This document shows positions 17,156-25,899 of a DNA stretch of 44,490 bases, piece by piece. The stretch is from an uncultured archaeon (GTDB taxonomy: Archaea; Nanobdellota; Nanobdellia; Pacearchaeales; GW2011-AR1). The translations under genes and the position numbers were made by a program. The notes beneath the pieces were generated by a model. That model ran no database searches. It worked only from the letters and a program-made list of their open reading frames with translations, and was not told the DNA's origin. Each line of letters starts with the position of its first letter. Positions within the stretch are counted from its first letter, which is position 1. The DNA lies in contig CAIQQL010000116.1 of assembly GCA_903873955.1 (NCBI GenBank), forward strand, positions 1 through 44,490. Direction: 5' to 3'.

Positions 17156-19498
17156 ATGTTCTATGACCTTCGTCCCTACCAGCTTCTAGGGATAAAAAAA
17201 ATTGTTGAAGAAAGGAGAATCCTCCTCGCTGATGACATGGGCCTGGGGAAAACGGCGCAGGCCATCTCAGCAAAACACCTTATCGACCAACAGAATGGCA
17301 GCCGTGCAACATTGGTGGTATGCCCCACAGCAGTCATCCCCCATTGGCATGAAGAGATTAGGGAATGGTATTATAAAGGTAGCAAAACAAAAGTTGCGAC
17401 GGTCGGTACAAGAAACTATGCACGAGAATGTCAAAAGGCGCAAGGTGCAGATTTTGTTGTGACCTCTTATCCAGTACTTTCCTTTTTAGGGGCAAATCCG
17501 GAAAGGATCGGAGCACTAAACGAGATAGGATTTACATACGGCATCCTAGATGAAGGTCATAACACACGCAATCCTGATTCTTTACGTAGCGGTGCTTCCC
17601 GAGAGCTCTTCCATCGCATCCCTTATCTCACCATCCTTTCCGGGACTCCCATCCCCAACACCCTTGTCGACATTTATGCCCAGCTCAATCTCCTCGATCC
17701 CCAGAACTTCCCCATCAATGATGAAGATCCTGACTCCATATTGCACGAATTCTATGAGATCATCCGAAAGAAACCCCATATGATCAGAGATGTCCTCCAT
17801 TCCCGAATGCTGAGACGAACAGCAGACAAGTATCTCAACAAAAAAATGCCTAAGCTTGAACAACTAACGGTTGACAATCCCCTTACTGGTGAGCATGAGG
17901 CAGTGTATCTTGAGCTGTACCAGAATGAGGAGATCCCTCCAGCGCAAAAACTTCAGGAGCTTGTAAAAGCATCGTTAGATCCCAACCTGGTCAATGGAAG
18001 ATATCTTTCTGAACCATTAAGACAAAGGCTCGGATCGATTGCATCTTGCACCTGGGGAAAGCTTGAAGAGATTGTCCACGATGCTGTAAGTAAAAATGGT
18101 GGGAAAGTGATTGGGTTCACGGACCTTAAACGCAAGGTCATTCCTGAACTTTTAAGACGTTTTTCCAGCTATGGCGCAATTGCAATCACCGGCGATACTA
18201 ATGGAGAAGCTCCCCATGGGGAATTGAGCGACAGGGAAAAAGCCAGAATTTCTTTCCAAAGAGACAGCGCAATCAGGGCTCTTTTTGCGACTACAGTCAT
18301 GGATGAAGGAGTAGATTTGACTGCAGGGACCCATCTCATCCATATCACCTTGCCCTATATGCCCGCGACACTAGACCAACGTATAAGACGTTCGCAAAGG
18401 GCGACTGCGGAAGTAGAAAAAGAGACCGTGACCTCCATAACCCTGAGAACCACCCTAAGCAATGGATTAGAGACCATAGATGAAGGGATCAAACTACTTC
18501 TGGATGATAAAAGAAGGATCATCAGATATATCATCGAGTCTCCAGAGAAGCTTACCTTAGATGACCTTAATCTCATCAAAAATGGACATCCTGAAGACTC
18601 GCCGAGCATTTCCGGTTTTCTGAGTGAGAAACGATATATGGACTGGCATCTGGCATCACTTCGGGGCATGGGTGGAGCGCGCATCCAAGAGCAATATGAA
18701 CAACGTCCCTTCTTAGCAGAAAATCTTGCAAGAGCATACATCAAGCATTGGGAAGGATTTTACGCAGGTAATACGGCCACACTCTCGGCGCAGCTCATCA
18801 AACAGGTACTCAAAGATAGAATGAATCCACGAGTCATTGACATCGCATCTGGGCCATTCTCACTTTCCCGCGTGCTTGGTTTCCCGGTCACCAACCTTGA
18901 CCTGAATAAGTATATGCTTGAAGCAGGAAAAATCCTTGAAAATGAAGGGAAGGTCCCACGAGGAAATATCGCTTATGAGGGACTTGCAGGAGAGCTCCCA
19001 TTCAGCGACAAGGAATTTGACCTGGTAAACTGCTCACTTGCACTTCATATGACCTCGCTTAATAGAGCTGAAGGAACGAATTATTCAGATAGAGAGACCG
19101 TCCTCAGGGAAGCAAACAGGGTGATTCCTGTGGGAGGATTCTATACCTTTGCGCTTCCCCATAGCGTCATCCACCGTCAGGATATGCCTACATTTAAAGA
19201 AGGGATCAAGAGGCTCGGATTTGAAGTCCTGCCACAAACAGGGCTCTATAAAGGATCAGGAGAATCTCCTTTCAAGGTATTTTTTGGGGCATTGCGCAAA
19301 GCAGATGAGCCTCAGAATGAACCTCTTCCTGAAGAACTTTTGACCTGGAGAATGGATGCAAGAATAGGCGGAAAAAGAATAGGAGTCACCAAGAGCCTTA
19401 GGAAAGGCCTTCCAAAGAAAAAGAAGAAAGAGCAGTTCGAAAAAATAGGCACCTTTGTCCAGATAGACAGCGGGATGGAGATTGGAGGAGCATCATGA
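17156..19498 (+). CDS. SNF2-family ATPase fused to a C-terminal class I SAM-dependent methyltransferase domain
   Basis: SNF2 motifs 'LADDMGLGKTAQAI' (I), 'ILDEGHNTRN' (II), 'LSGTPIPNTLVDIYAQLNLLDP' (III), 'TTVMDEGVDL' (V) and 'DQRIRRSQR' (VI). The C-terminal ~250 aa carry 'VIDIASGPFS' (SAM motif I-like), 'FDLVNCSLALHM' and 'VIPVGGFY'. Confidence 0.85.
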   Translation: MFYDLRPYQLLGIKKIVEERRILLADDMGLGKTAQAISAKHLIDQQNGSRATLVVCPTAVIPHWHEEIREWYYKGSKTKVATVGTRNYARECQKAQGADFVVTSYPVLSFLGANPERIGALNEIGFTYGILDEGHNTRNPDSLRSGASRELFHRIPYLTILSGTPIPNTLVDIYAQLNLLDPQNFPINDEDPDSILHEFYEIIRKKPHMIRDVLHSRMLRRTADKYLNKKMPKLEQLTVDNPLTGEHEAVYLELYQNEEIPPAQKLQELVKASLDPNLVNGRYLSEPLRQRLGSIASCTWGKLEEIVHDAVSKNGGKVIGFTDLKRKVIPELLRRFSSYGAIAITGDTNGEAPHGELSDREKARISFQRDSAIRALFATTVMDEGVDLTAGTHLIHITLPYMPATLDQRIRRSQRATAEVEKETVTSITLRTTLSNGLETIDEGIKLLLDDKRRIIRYIIESPEKLTLDDLNLIKNGHPEDSPSISGFLSEKRYMDWHLASLRGMGGARIQEQYEQRPFLAENLARAYIKHWEGFYAGNTATLSAQLIKQVLKDRMNPRVIDIASGPFSLSRVLGFPVTNLDLNKYMLEAGKILENEGKVPRGNIAYEGLAGELPFSDKEFDLVNCSLALHMTSLNRAEGTNYSDRETVLREANRVIPVGGFYTFALPHSVIHRQDMPTFKEGIKRLGFEVLPQTGLYKGSGESPFKVFFGALRKADEPQNEPLPEELLTWRMDARIGGKRIGVTKSLRKGLPKKKKKEQFEKIGTFVQIDSGMEIGGAS

Positions 19499-20652
19499 AT
19501 CAAGAACAGGAGATGAGAACAAGAGCCCTCGAACTTTTAGGACAGAATGCAAACTCAGATGAAGTCATGAGAAAGACCGGCCTTAGTAAAATGCAAGTCG
19601 CCGCCTTGAAGGCGCATATCACTATGGGGACCTATTCCAAGAGGCCAGTCACGCAACCAACTCCTTCTCCTTCGCCCAGACCCTCTCTAGCGCGAGAAGA
19701 TGAAAGATATGATCTTGCAAGAAGACTTGCTGAGGAAGGAAGACAGAATGCATATATCCGCGCACAGACCGGACTTGGAAAAATGCAAGTCGCAGGATTT
19801 CTTGCAGCCAGCTCAAGAAAGAAAAGAAATCTTGAATCTAAGGCTGGAGCCACATCCTTGCATCAAACTGACCTGCTAACAACACCTGAGATTCAACCCG
19901 AAACGGATAATCGTCAGTCTATAACCAAACAAGAGGCAATTGAACTCATGACTACAAAAGGAGTTGTCCCAGCCAAGCTAGCCTATGCATACCGTATTGA
20001 TGGCGTCGCATGTTCACCTGAGCAAGTCACTGCCTGGAGGGCGCATATCACTATGGGGACCTATGCCAAGCATCCGGAGCTGCTCATTGGAAATAACCAT
20101 AAAAACGGTGGAAATGGAAAAACGATCCGCAAAAAAGAACAATTAGTTGACTTTATCGTAAAAAGCCCTGAAGTACGAGACCTGTCCGTCCTTGCACTTT
20201 GCCTTGGCGAAGATGGAAGCGAAATAGAAGGTGCGCTGCTTGAAATCTATCAAGGAAGGTTCAAGAGTCGCGAGGAATTACATTCCCTTCTTGAAGAAGC
20301 AAAGGACGATGTCGAAAGATTACTGAATGAGGGAGTGATAAGCTTAGGATATTTTATCGGCAGATACTCTTTGAGAGATAGGACGATGGCCCCTATCTTC
20401 CTTGGAGGGACCGCCTCAAATATCCCCATTGAACGAGCAACCCCTTCCCTCGAAAGGACGTTAATGAGAGTTGCAAGCGGGATCTATGACCCTCAGTTCA
20501 ATGAAGACCCTATAAAAGCCATCAAAGACTTACAAGCAAAAGCAGGGGAAGGGAAAAATCTTGCTAAAAGGATATATGAGACGTTATCCAAAGGATATCA
20601 AGAGGCCCTGGCACTCAAGGAAACCTTGAAGAGCTTTGCCCTTCGCACATAA
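19495..20652 (+). CDS. Protein with three HTH-like modules ('..MQVAALKAHITMGTY') and an uncharacterised C-terminal domain
   Basis: Its start overlaps the SNF2 gene stop (ATGA). The modules are 'GLSKMQVAALKAHITMGTYSK', 'GLGKMQVAGFLAASSRKK' and 'SPEQVTAWRAHITMGTYAK'. Confidence 0.7.
   Translation: MNQEQEMRTRALELLGQNANSDEVMRKTGLSKMQVAALKAHITMGTYSKRPVTQPTPSPSPRPSLAREDERYDLARRLAEEGRQNAYIRAQTGLGKMQVAGFLAASSRKKRNLESKAGATSLHQTDLLTTPEIQPETDNRQSITKQEAIELMTTKGVVPAKLAYAYRIDGVACSPEQVTAWRAHITMGTYAKHPELLIGNNHKNGGNGKTIRKKEQLVDFIVKSPEVRDLSVLALCLGEDGSEIEGALLEIYQGRFKSREELHSLLEEAKDDVERLLNEGVISLGYFIGRYSLRDRTMAPIFLGGTASNIPIERATPSLERTLMRVASGIYDPQFNEDPIKAIKDLQAKAGEGKNLAKRIYETLSKGYQEALALKETLKSFALRT
19611..20064 (+). 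repeat. Exact 25-nt intragenic direct repeat encoding 'AHITMGTY'
   Basis: 'ggcgcatatcactatggggacctat' occurs at 19611..19635 and at 20040..20064. Confidence 0.85.
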
Positions 20653-20678
20653 TTGTAAAAAAATTAATCCTTAAGGAG

Positions 20679-21776
20679 TCATTTCCAATAATCCCTTAAA
20701 AGCCCATCTCTAGAATCCTTTTTCGTTTCATCTTCAAGGCCATCTCCAGATTCCTCTTCAGGTTCTTTTTTTGTCCCATCCCAAAATACCGTCTCCCAAA
20801 CCCCTTTGAACTTTATCGCCCTTGCAAGCATGACACATTTTTCATCGAGATGTAGATTACGGAGTCTTCGTGTACTGCTGTCCACAACAAGCACGTTATT
20901 GTCAAGCTTTTCAGCATACTCTGTTGCAAACTGCCTTGAGGGTAGAGGGAAGGGGTTCATCTCCAGAGGAACAGTATTATCTTTTCCATTCCAGTACTTT
21001 CTTATCACCGCAAGATACGCCGCAATCTCATGGGGTCCGAACGTAAATACATCTGACCCTCTTCTCGATTGTTGGTCCTCATAACGAAGATTGTGCAGGA
21101 AGGTCATCCTCAGAGGCTCTTTTCCATCCTCATACTGGCTTTTTAGACCCCAGATTATCGCTTTTTTTTCTTTAGAGTCAGTCAATGGAACCGATTGTAA
21201 AAAAAGTCCATAACGCTGCTTGCGCTTTGTACGTGACGGGACTTTGCATAATAGTTTTGCACCCTCACTTTGGACTATGTTTGCTTCCACATAACGGTCA
21301 TCGACGGTAATCTTACCAGCTACTTGTGATGCATAAGCATAGATCTTGGTCCCCTCAATGACCGCGTCAAAGGGAACCTTTCTCCACCGCCTGTCTTTTC
21401 CTTGCACAGGAAACCAACGTAAACCAATCATCCAGATCTGTTCTTCCTTTAGGTCCCTTAATGCAACTTCTAAACTTTGCATACGATTAATCAGCGGAGT
21501 ATATGGATACTCATACGCTGCTTGTTGCCCTTGAGGTTGGTTCAATGGGAGATACCATCCATGACGATAATGCTTCCTTGAAGCGAGAGTGTCCGGTGTG
21601 TTTCTTCTAAGAAATTCAAGAGGGATGATGGGTGTCCTGACTTCAATGGCGTCAGTGTCTGGGTTAAGATCATAGATCTTCGCGACGAGATTATGGGGGG
21701 TGTATGCTGCCTTGAGTTTCAAGGTCTCTTGAATTTCCTCTGGTTCTCGTTTCTGGAAAAACGTTTTCTTTTCCAT
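20679..21776 (-). CDS. Hypothetical protein (365 aa), orphan
   Basis: A long ORF. The track start at 21797 is TTG. The ATG at 21776 ('MEKKTFFQK') sits about 25 nt downstream of the minus-strand 'ttttttatatt'. It has an acidic C-terminal tail. I recognise no family. Confidence 0.6.
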   Translation of the reverse strand: MEKKTFFQKREPEEIQETLKLKAAYTPHNLVAKIYDLNPDTDAIEVRTPIIPLEFLRRNTPDTLASRKHYRHGWYLPLNQPQGQQAAYEYPYTPLINRMQSLEVALRDLKEEQIWMIGLRWFPVQGKDRRWRKVPFDAVIEGTKIYAYASQVAGKITVDDRYVEANIVQSEGAKLLCKVPSRTKRKQRYGLFLQSVPLTDSKEKKAIIWGLKSQYEDGKEPLRMTFLHNLRYEDQQSRRGSDVFTFGPHEIAAYLAVIRKYWNGKDNTVPLEMNPFPLPSRQFATEYAEKLDNNVLVVDSSTRRLRNLHLDEKCVMLARAIKFKGVWETVFWDGTKKEPEEESGDGLEDETKKDSRDGLLRDYWK

Positions 21777-21897
21777 CCCCTCTTTAAGAAGAAACAATAT
21801 AAAAAACTATCTTTTGTTACCACTTTCTTGTTAATCTAAGCCGTATCCTGGAAATAAACTCGGCAATATTTATTAAGAAGACAGACTTATTTTTTTG

Positions 21898-22668
21898 ATG
21901 AGTATACGGTTTGGACCTGCTGGATTGGGTCCAGTAAACACTGCAAAAGAGATGCTTGAAAAACTGCATGGGCAAGGTCTCCAAGCCTGCGAGATCGCTT
22001 TCACCTATGGAGTCTATATCAAACCCGTAGATGCTGAAGAGATAGGAAAGATTGCGAAGAGCCTGGACATCGAGCTCAGCATCCACGCCCCGTATTTTGT
22101 CAATCTCAATTCAGATGATCCTAAGAAAATAGTCGCAACAAAAAAACGTATCCTTGATTGTTGCGAGATTGGAGAGAAACTAGGCGCAAAGATCGTCGTG
22201 TTCCATCCCGGCTATTACGGGAAGATGAAGGATGAGACTTATGACAACATCAAAAAAGGAATCCTTGAACTGCTAGAGGTCATTGAGAAGAAAGGATGGA
22301 AGATAAAAATCGCGCCTGAGACCATGGGAAAGATCAATGTCTTTGGAAGCATCCAGGAAATCTCCCGTCTTGCAAAGGAAACCGGATGTGCCTTCTGCAT
22401 CGACTTCGCCCATGTCCTCGCAAGGGATAAATCCGTCGATTATGCGCTCATTGAAAAGTTGTTTCCGCAAAAACAATGGCATGTCCATTTTTCAGGGATC
22501 ATCTATGGAGATAAAGGAGAAAAAGAGCATCGAATCACGGAGGAACAGGAATGGCGAGAACTCCTTAGCCATCTTCCCAAAGACAAGGAGATCCGCATCA
22601 TCAATGAGTCTCCCACGATGATTGAAGACAGCATTATGGGGCTTAAGATTTCTCAATCACTACCGTAG
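21898..22668 (+). CDS. nfo: Endonuclease IV-type AP endonuclease (xylose-isomerase-like TIM barrel)
   Basis: The pattern of metal-ligand segments is 'SIHAPY', 'VVFHPG', 'APETMG', 'CIDFAHV', 'HVHFSG' and 'INESP', in the order expected for the Nfo family. The ATG at 21898 follows the TTG at 21895. Confidence 0.65.
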   Translation: MSIRFGPAGLGPVNTAKEMLEKLHGQGLQACEIAFTYGVYIKPVDAEEIGKIAKSLDIELSIHAPYFVNLNSDDPKKIVATKKRILDCCEIGEKLGAKIVVFHPGYYGKMKDETYDNIKKGILELLEVIEKKGWKIKIAPETMGKINVFGSIQEISRLAKETGCAFCIDFAHVLARDKSVDYALIEKLFPQKQWHVHFSGIIYGDKGEKEHRITEEQEWRELLSHLPKDKEIRIINESPTMIEDSIMGLKISQSLP

Positions 22669-24407
22669 TGTGATGGTGCCAGGTTCCTCCTGTATGTTCC
22701 CATGGTCAGATGTGCTTTAAAAGCAGCTAATTGACGAGTGGAGATGTTATATGTTTGCACAATCTCTCCTTCGGAAAAAGACCCGTCAGCAATCAATTGC
22801 CCAAGCTCATGCTTTTCTTCCCTGGTTAATCTGCGCGTAGGATTAGTAGCAGGTGAGTTTCCTGCTTCGCGCCCATTCAATTCAGCTAGCGGATTTTCAA
22901 CTGGAGCTGAATCTTTTTGCAAGATAGCTCTCTCGAGAATACCTTCCTGGCAGTTATGTGAAGGGGTCCATCCTTGCCAGCGCCTCAGCCCTGCTTTAAT
23001 GCCTCCAAGTTCTCTTCCTGTAAGATGATACATCTCGAGAATCTCCGCGTCCGTCCTCCCGCTTTCAAATTCTGCACGAATTACTTCTGAAAGAGTTTGT
23101 GGCACGAGATCCTTACGGTCTGCCTTGACATATTCCAGCTCAGTCCTTAAAACCTGATTGTAACTATTGAACTTCCTATAAAACGCATCGCTGTTGCCCA
23201 TAAGATATACTCCTGGCATCCTCACTGGATCTTCATCGCTTTCTTCCTCATTTTTCAGCCGTTCCTGGTGCAGAGTGGCTGCAACCTTTCCACTAAGGAG
23301 GACAATATCGGGTTGAGGGATTTGACCATCAACCGGCGTCCGATCATTCAAGATTAGTCGCTGATAAACACAGTGGTGGTTTTCCCATCCAAAGCTGAGG
23401 TCTCTTTCTACACCTGCAAAAAAGTCAGGACGTTGCTGTAGCAGGATAAAGTCATAGAGCATCGGACTTCCGTTGTCTGAAACGTACCTTCCTTTTTCAT
23501 AGTCTGAGATAAAATAGGGTCGTTTCAGCGTCCCATTCTGCATGTATGTCAATATGCTGTTTCGCATCCCTTCATCACCTGGAAACTCCCCATCAAGAAA
23601 TATGGAAAGAAGAGTGTCAATTGCTCCTTGGGCAAAGGCAAAGAATTCCTTATGTGCTAAAGGATTTTTGATGACATCTTCCACTGGAACGTCATAATTC
23701 GACTGTTTATAGAATTCCCTGAAATACGGCGCAGCAATCAACTGCTGATAGGATTCCAGAGGGGTGTTTGATCCGGTTAAATAACGCAGTTTAAGACTGA
23801 TCATCTTGTCACGAATGGTGCCTAAATCCTCGGTGTCTTTGAGAAAATCGACAAATCTCATGTCGTTAAGGACACGCGCAGCTATCTTCTCATCTTGCCT
23901 TTCCAAAAATTTAAGCATCTCCCCTCCCTGGGTCAGAACGAAGGTATCAAGCACGTACTTACTCTGTCTCTTTTCCCCTTCACGAGATCCGTAAAAATTC
24001 GTACCGAGAACATAACGAGGACCAACCTTGTCACTGCGGGCAATCTCTCCTATGAGCAGGTCTTCTGCTGCCCCAAATTGCGACTGAAAGTCCAGGTTTA
24101 CAATATCAAAATGTTCCCGAGTCTGAGCAAAAAAGTCACGTGCATCACCTTCATAGAGATTTATACCAAGATTCTGCGCCCTGATCTGCGCCGCAACCTC
24201 AGGATTTCGTTCGATTCCATACACCCGATCCCTGCGAATTCCAAAACGATCATAGACGTCTTTAACTTCTAATGCCTCTTGTGCCGGAAAGCATACGACG
24301 CGCAAGCTTCGTCTTCGTTTGACATCAGGGTATGTCCTTTCAAGAAAGTGCAGGAACTCTTTACGATAGAGCCTTTTTGATTCAAAATCATAACTTGCCT
24401 TTTGCAT
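22653..24407 (-). CDS. Paralogue A: methyltransferase-like N-domain + two C-terminal HTH-like modules
   Basis: The ATG at 24407 ('MQKASYDF') matches the conserved paralogue N-terminus. Motifs 'LRVVCFPAQ', 'GIERNPE', 'FDIVNLDF' and 'YVSDNGSPMLYDF'. A degenerate module 'AEILEMYHLTGRELGGIKAGLRRW' precedes the terminal 'STRQLAAFKAHLTMGTYRR'. Confidence 0.7.
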   Translation of the reverse strand: MQKASYDFESKRLYRKEFLHFLERTYPDVKRRRSLRVVCFPAQEALEVKDVYDRFGIRRDRVYGIERNPEVAAQIRAQNLGINLYEGDARDFFAQTREHFDIVNLDFQSQFGAAEDLLIGEIARSDKVGPRYVLGTNFYGSREGEKRQSKYVLDTFVLTQGGEMLKFLERQDEKIAARVLNDMRFVDFLKDTEDLGTIRDKMISLKLRYLTGSNTPLESYQQLIAAPYFREFYKQSNYDVPVEDVIKNPLAHKEFFAFAQGAIDTLLSIFLDGEFPGDEGMRNSILTYMQNGTLKRPYFISDYEKGRYVSDNGSPMLYDFILLQQRPDFFAGVERDLSFGWENHHCVYQRLILNDRTPVDGQIPQPDIVLLSGKVAATLHQERLKNEEESDEDPVRMPGVYLMGNSDAFYRKFNSYNQVLRTELEYVKADRKDLVPQTLSEVIRAEFESGRTDAEILEMYHLTGRELGGIKAGLRRWQGWTPSHNCQEGILERAILQKDSAPVENPLAELNGREAGNSPATNPTRRLTREEKHELGQLIADGSFSEGEIVQTYNISTRQLAAFKAHLTMGTYRRNLAPSHYGSD

Positions 24408-25899
24408 CTTTCCCTCCAGTATATGTGCCCATGGTGTTATGTGCTTTGATGGCAGAAAGCTGTCCGCGGGTAATACTATAAGCGTCAAGAATTTCAGATT
24501 CATTGAAAGCAGGATCGCGCAACATCTGGGCAATCTCATATTTTTCTCTTTTTCCAAGCTTTCTTGGTGTGTGTCGCGAGATTATATCCCCCTCAGTCCC
24601 TTCTGAAGGAGACAGTCCATCTACTCTTTGCGCACTTGGCGATACAAGCAATCCTGGTCGTTCTGGAATGAGCTCAATGCGAGGGGCAAGAGGAAGGCGC
24701 ACAACCTGTTCCATATACTGATGAAGATATTCCATCCTTTTCACTAGTCTCTGTAGAGACCACCCTAGAGGATTTATCTTGACGTAGCAGTCATTGTTGG
24801 CATCAGCCTGTTTGAAGGAGAAAATGTCTGACAACCTCATTTTTATCCCTTCAGGGACCTGGGAAAAGCTGAAGAGATCCATCAGCATAGGGCATCCGCT
24901 ATTGCTCGTGTATTTGTATCGCTCAAAGGCGTTGTAATGATAGGACTTTTGCATTATTGAACCTTGTAAATGAAGCAAGGATCTTGCAAGGTCCGCAGGG
25001 ACCAATTGACTTAATTTATGGACCAATTGTGCATAACGGGCAGTGTAGTATCCTTGTTCATAGACCACCGGATCCTCCGAAAACTTCACATTGGCTCTGT
25101 CTGAAAGGCCGTTTAGTTTCCTAAGGAAATCCAGATCCCGTGTCGCAGGCAAATCATTTTTTACTCCTTGTATCACCGTTTCTTTATAGGGCTCATCAGA
25201 GAACATGCTTTTCCCCATAGGTCTGTTGATTGTCCCGCCCATAAATATGGTGACAAGCTCAGTCGTTATTCCATCACGAAGCCCTTCAAGATTCCCTTCC
25301 TTGCCCTGCCTATCCAACATCTGTTCAAGTTCAAGAAGTCTCTCAGCCCTAAACCGTTCGGTAGAAAAGTCATTATCGGGCCATGCTTCCATGAATTTTG
25401 CCTGACGCTGCTGATGCAAGAGCCTATTTGCAAGCAGCTTTTGCATACTCTCGCTTTCCCTTCTTCCAGAGTAGACAGTCGCAATGATTCCTTTGGGAGC
25501 AAGCAGTTGGCGTGAGGCGATATATTCGAGGGTACATGCTTCAGTGATTGTCTGCTGGCCTGTATAGTCTAGGCTGATGATATCAAACGGGGCTGGATTT
25601 GCGTGCAAAAAATACTGGTCCGCTTCTCTGCAGATTACTTCAATACCTAAGTTGGCCCTGCGCAACCGTTCAGCCTTTTCAGGGTCACGCTCGAGGCTTG
25701 TGACATGATTACGGGGTATACCTAAGACGTCACAAATCTCCTTGACTTCTATGCCTGCTTCCTCGACTGTTTCTGCTCCAGCAAAACAGAGATATCTCAG
25801 ATCCTGGACCCGTCTTTTCGGATCTTTGTTTTTCTCAGAAAAGACCATCTGTTTCATCCTTGCAAGATGCTTTGCTGGATCATTGTAGGATTTAGACAT
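24388..25899 (-). CDS. Paralogue B: methyltransferase-like N-domain + C-terminal HTH-like module
   Basis: ATG at 25899 ('MSKSYNDP'). Motifs 'LRYLCFAGA', 'SLERDPE', 'FDIISLDY', 'YTSNSGCPMLMDL' and the terminal 'TRGQLSAIKAHNTMGTYTG'. Confidence 0.7.
   Translation of the reverse strand: MSKSYNDPAKHLARMKQMVFSEKNKDPKRRVQDLRYLCFAGAETVEEAGIEVKEICDVLGIPRNHVTSLERDPEKAERLRRANLGIEVICREADQYFLHANPAPFDIISLDYTGQQTITEACTLEYIASRQLLAPKGIIATVYSGRRESESMQKLLANRLLHQQRQAKFMEAWPDNDFSTERFRAERLLELEQMLDRQGKEGNLEGLRDGITTELVTIFMGGTINRPMGKSMFSDEPYKETVIQGVKNDLPATRDLDFLRKLNGLSDRANVKFSEDPVVYEQGYYTARYAQLVHKLSQLVPADLARSLLHLQGSIMQKSYHYNAFERYKYTSNSGCPMLMDLFSFSQVPEGIKMRLSDIFSFKQADANNDCYVKINPLGWSLQRLVKRMEYLHQYMEQVVRLPLAPRIELIPERPGLLVSPSAQRVDGLSPSEGTEGDIISRHTPRKLGKREKYEIAQMLRDPAFNESEILDAYSITRGQLSAIKAHNTMGTYTGGKDAKGKL

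Noticed and set aside
24408-24557. N-terminal extensions of the paralogue ORFs given in the track (starts at 24557, 25917 and 27469), which would create 150-170-nt gene overlaps.
   Set aside because: All four paralogues share the N-terminus M-x-K-x-SY(N/D) at an internal ATG. Using it gives stereotyped 8/8/20-nt overlaps. The extensions are not conserved between paralogues.
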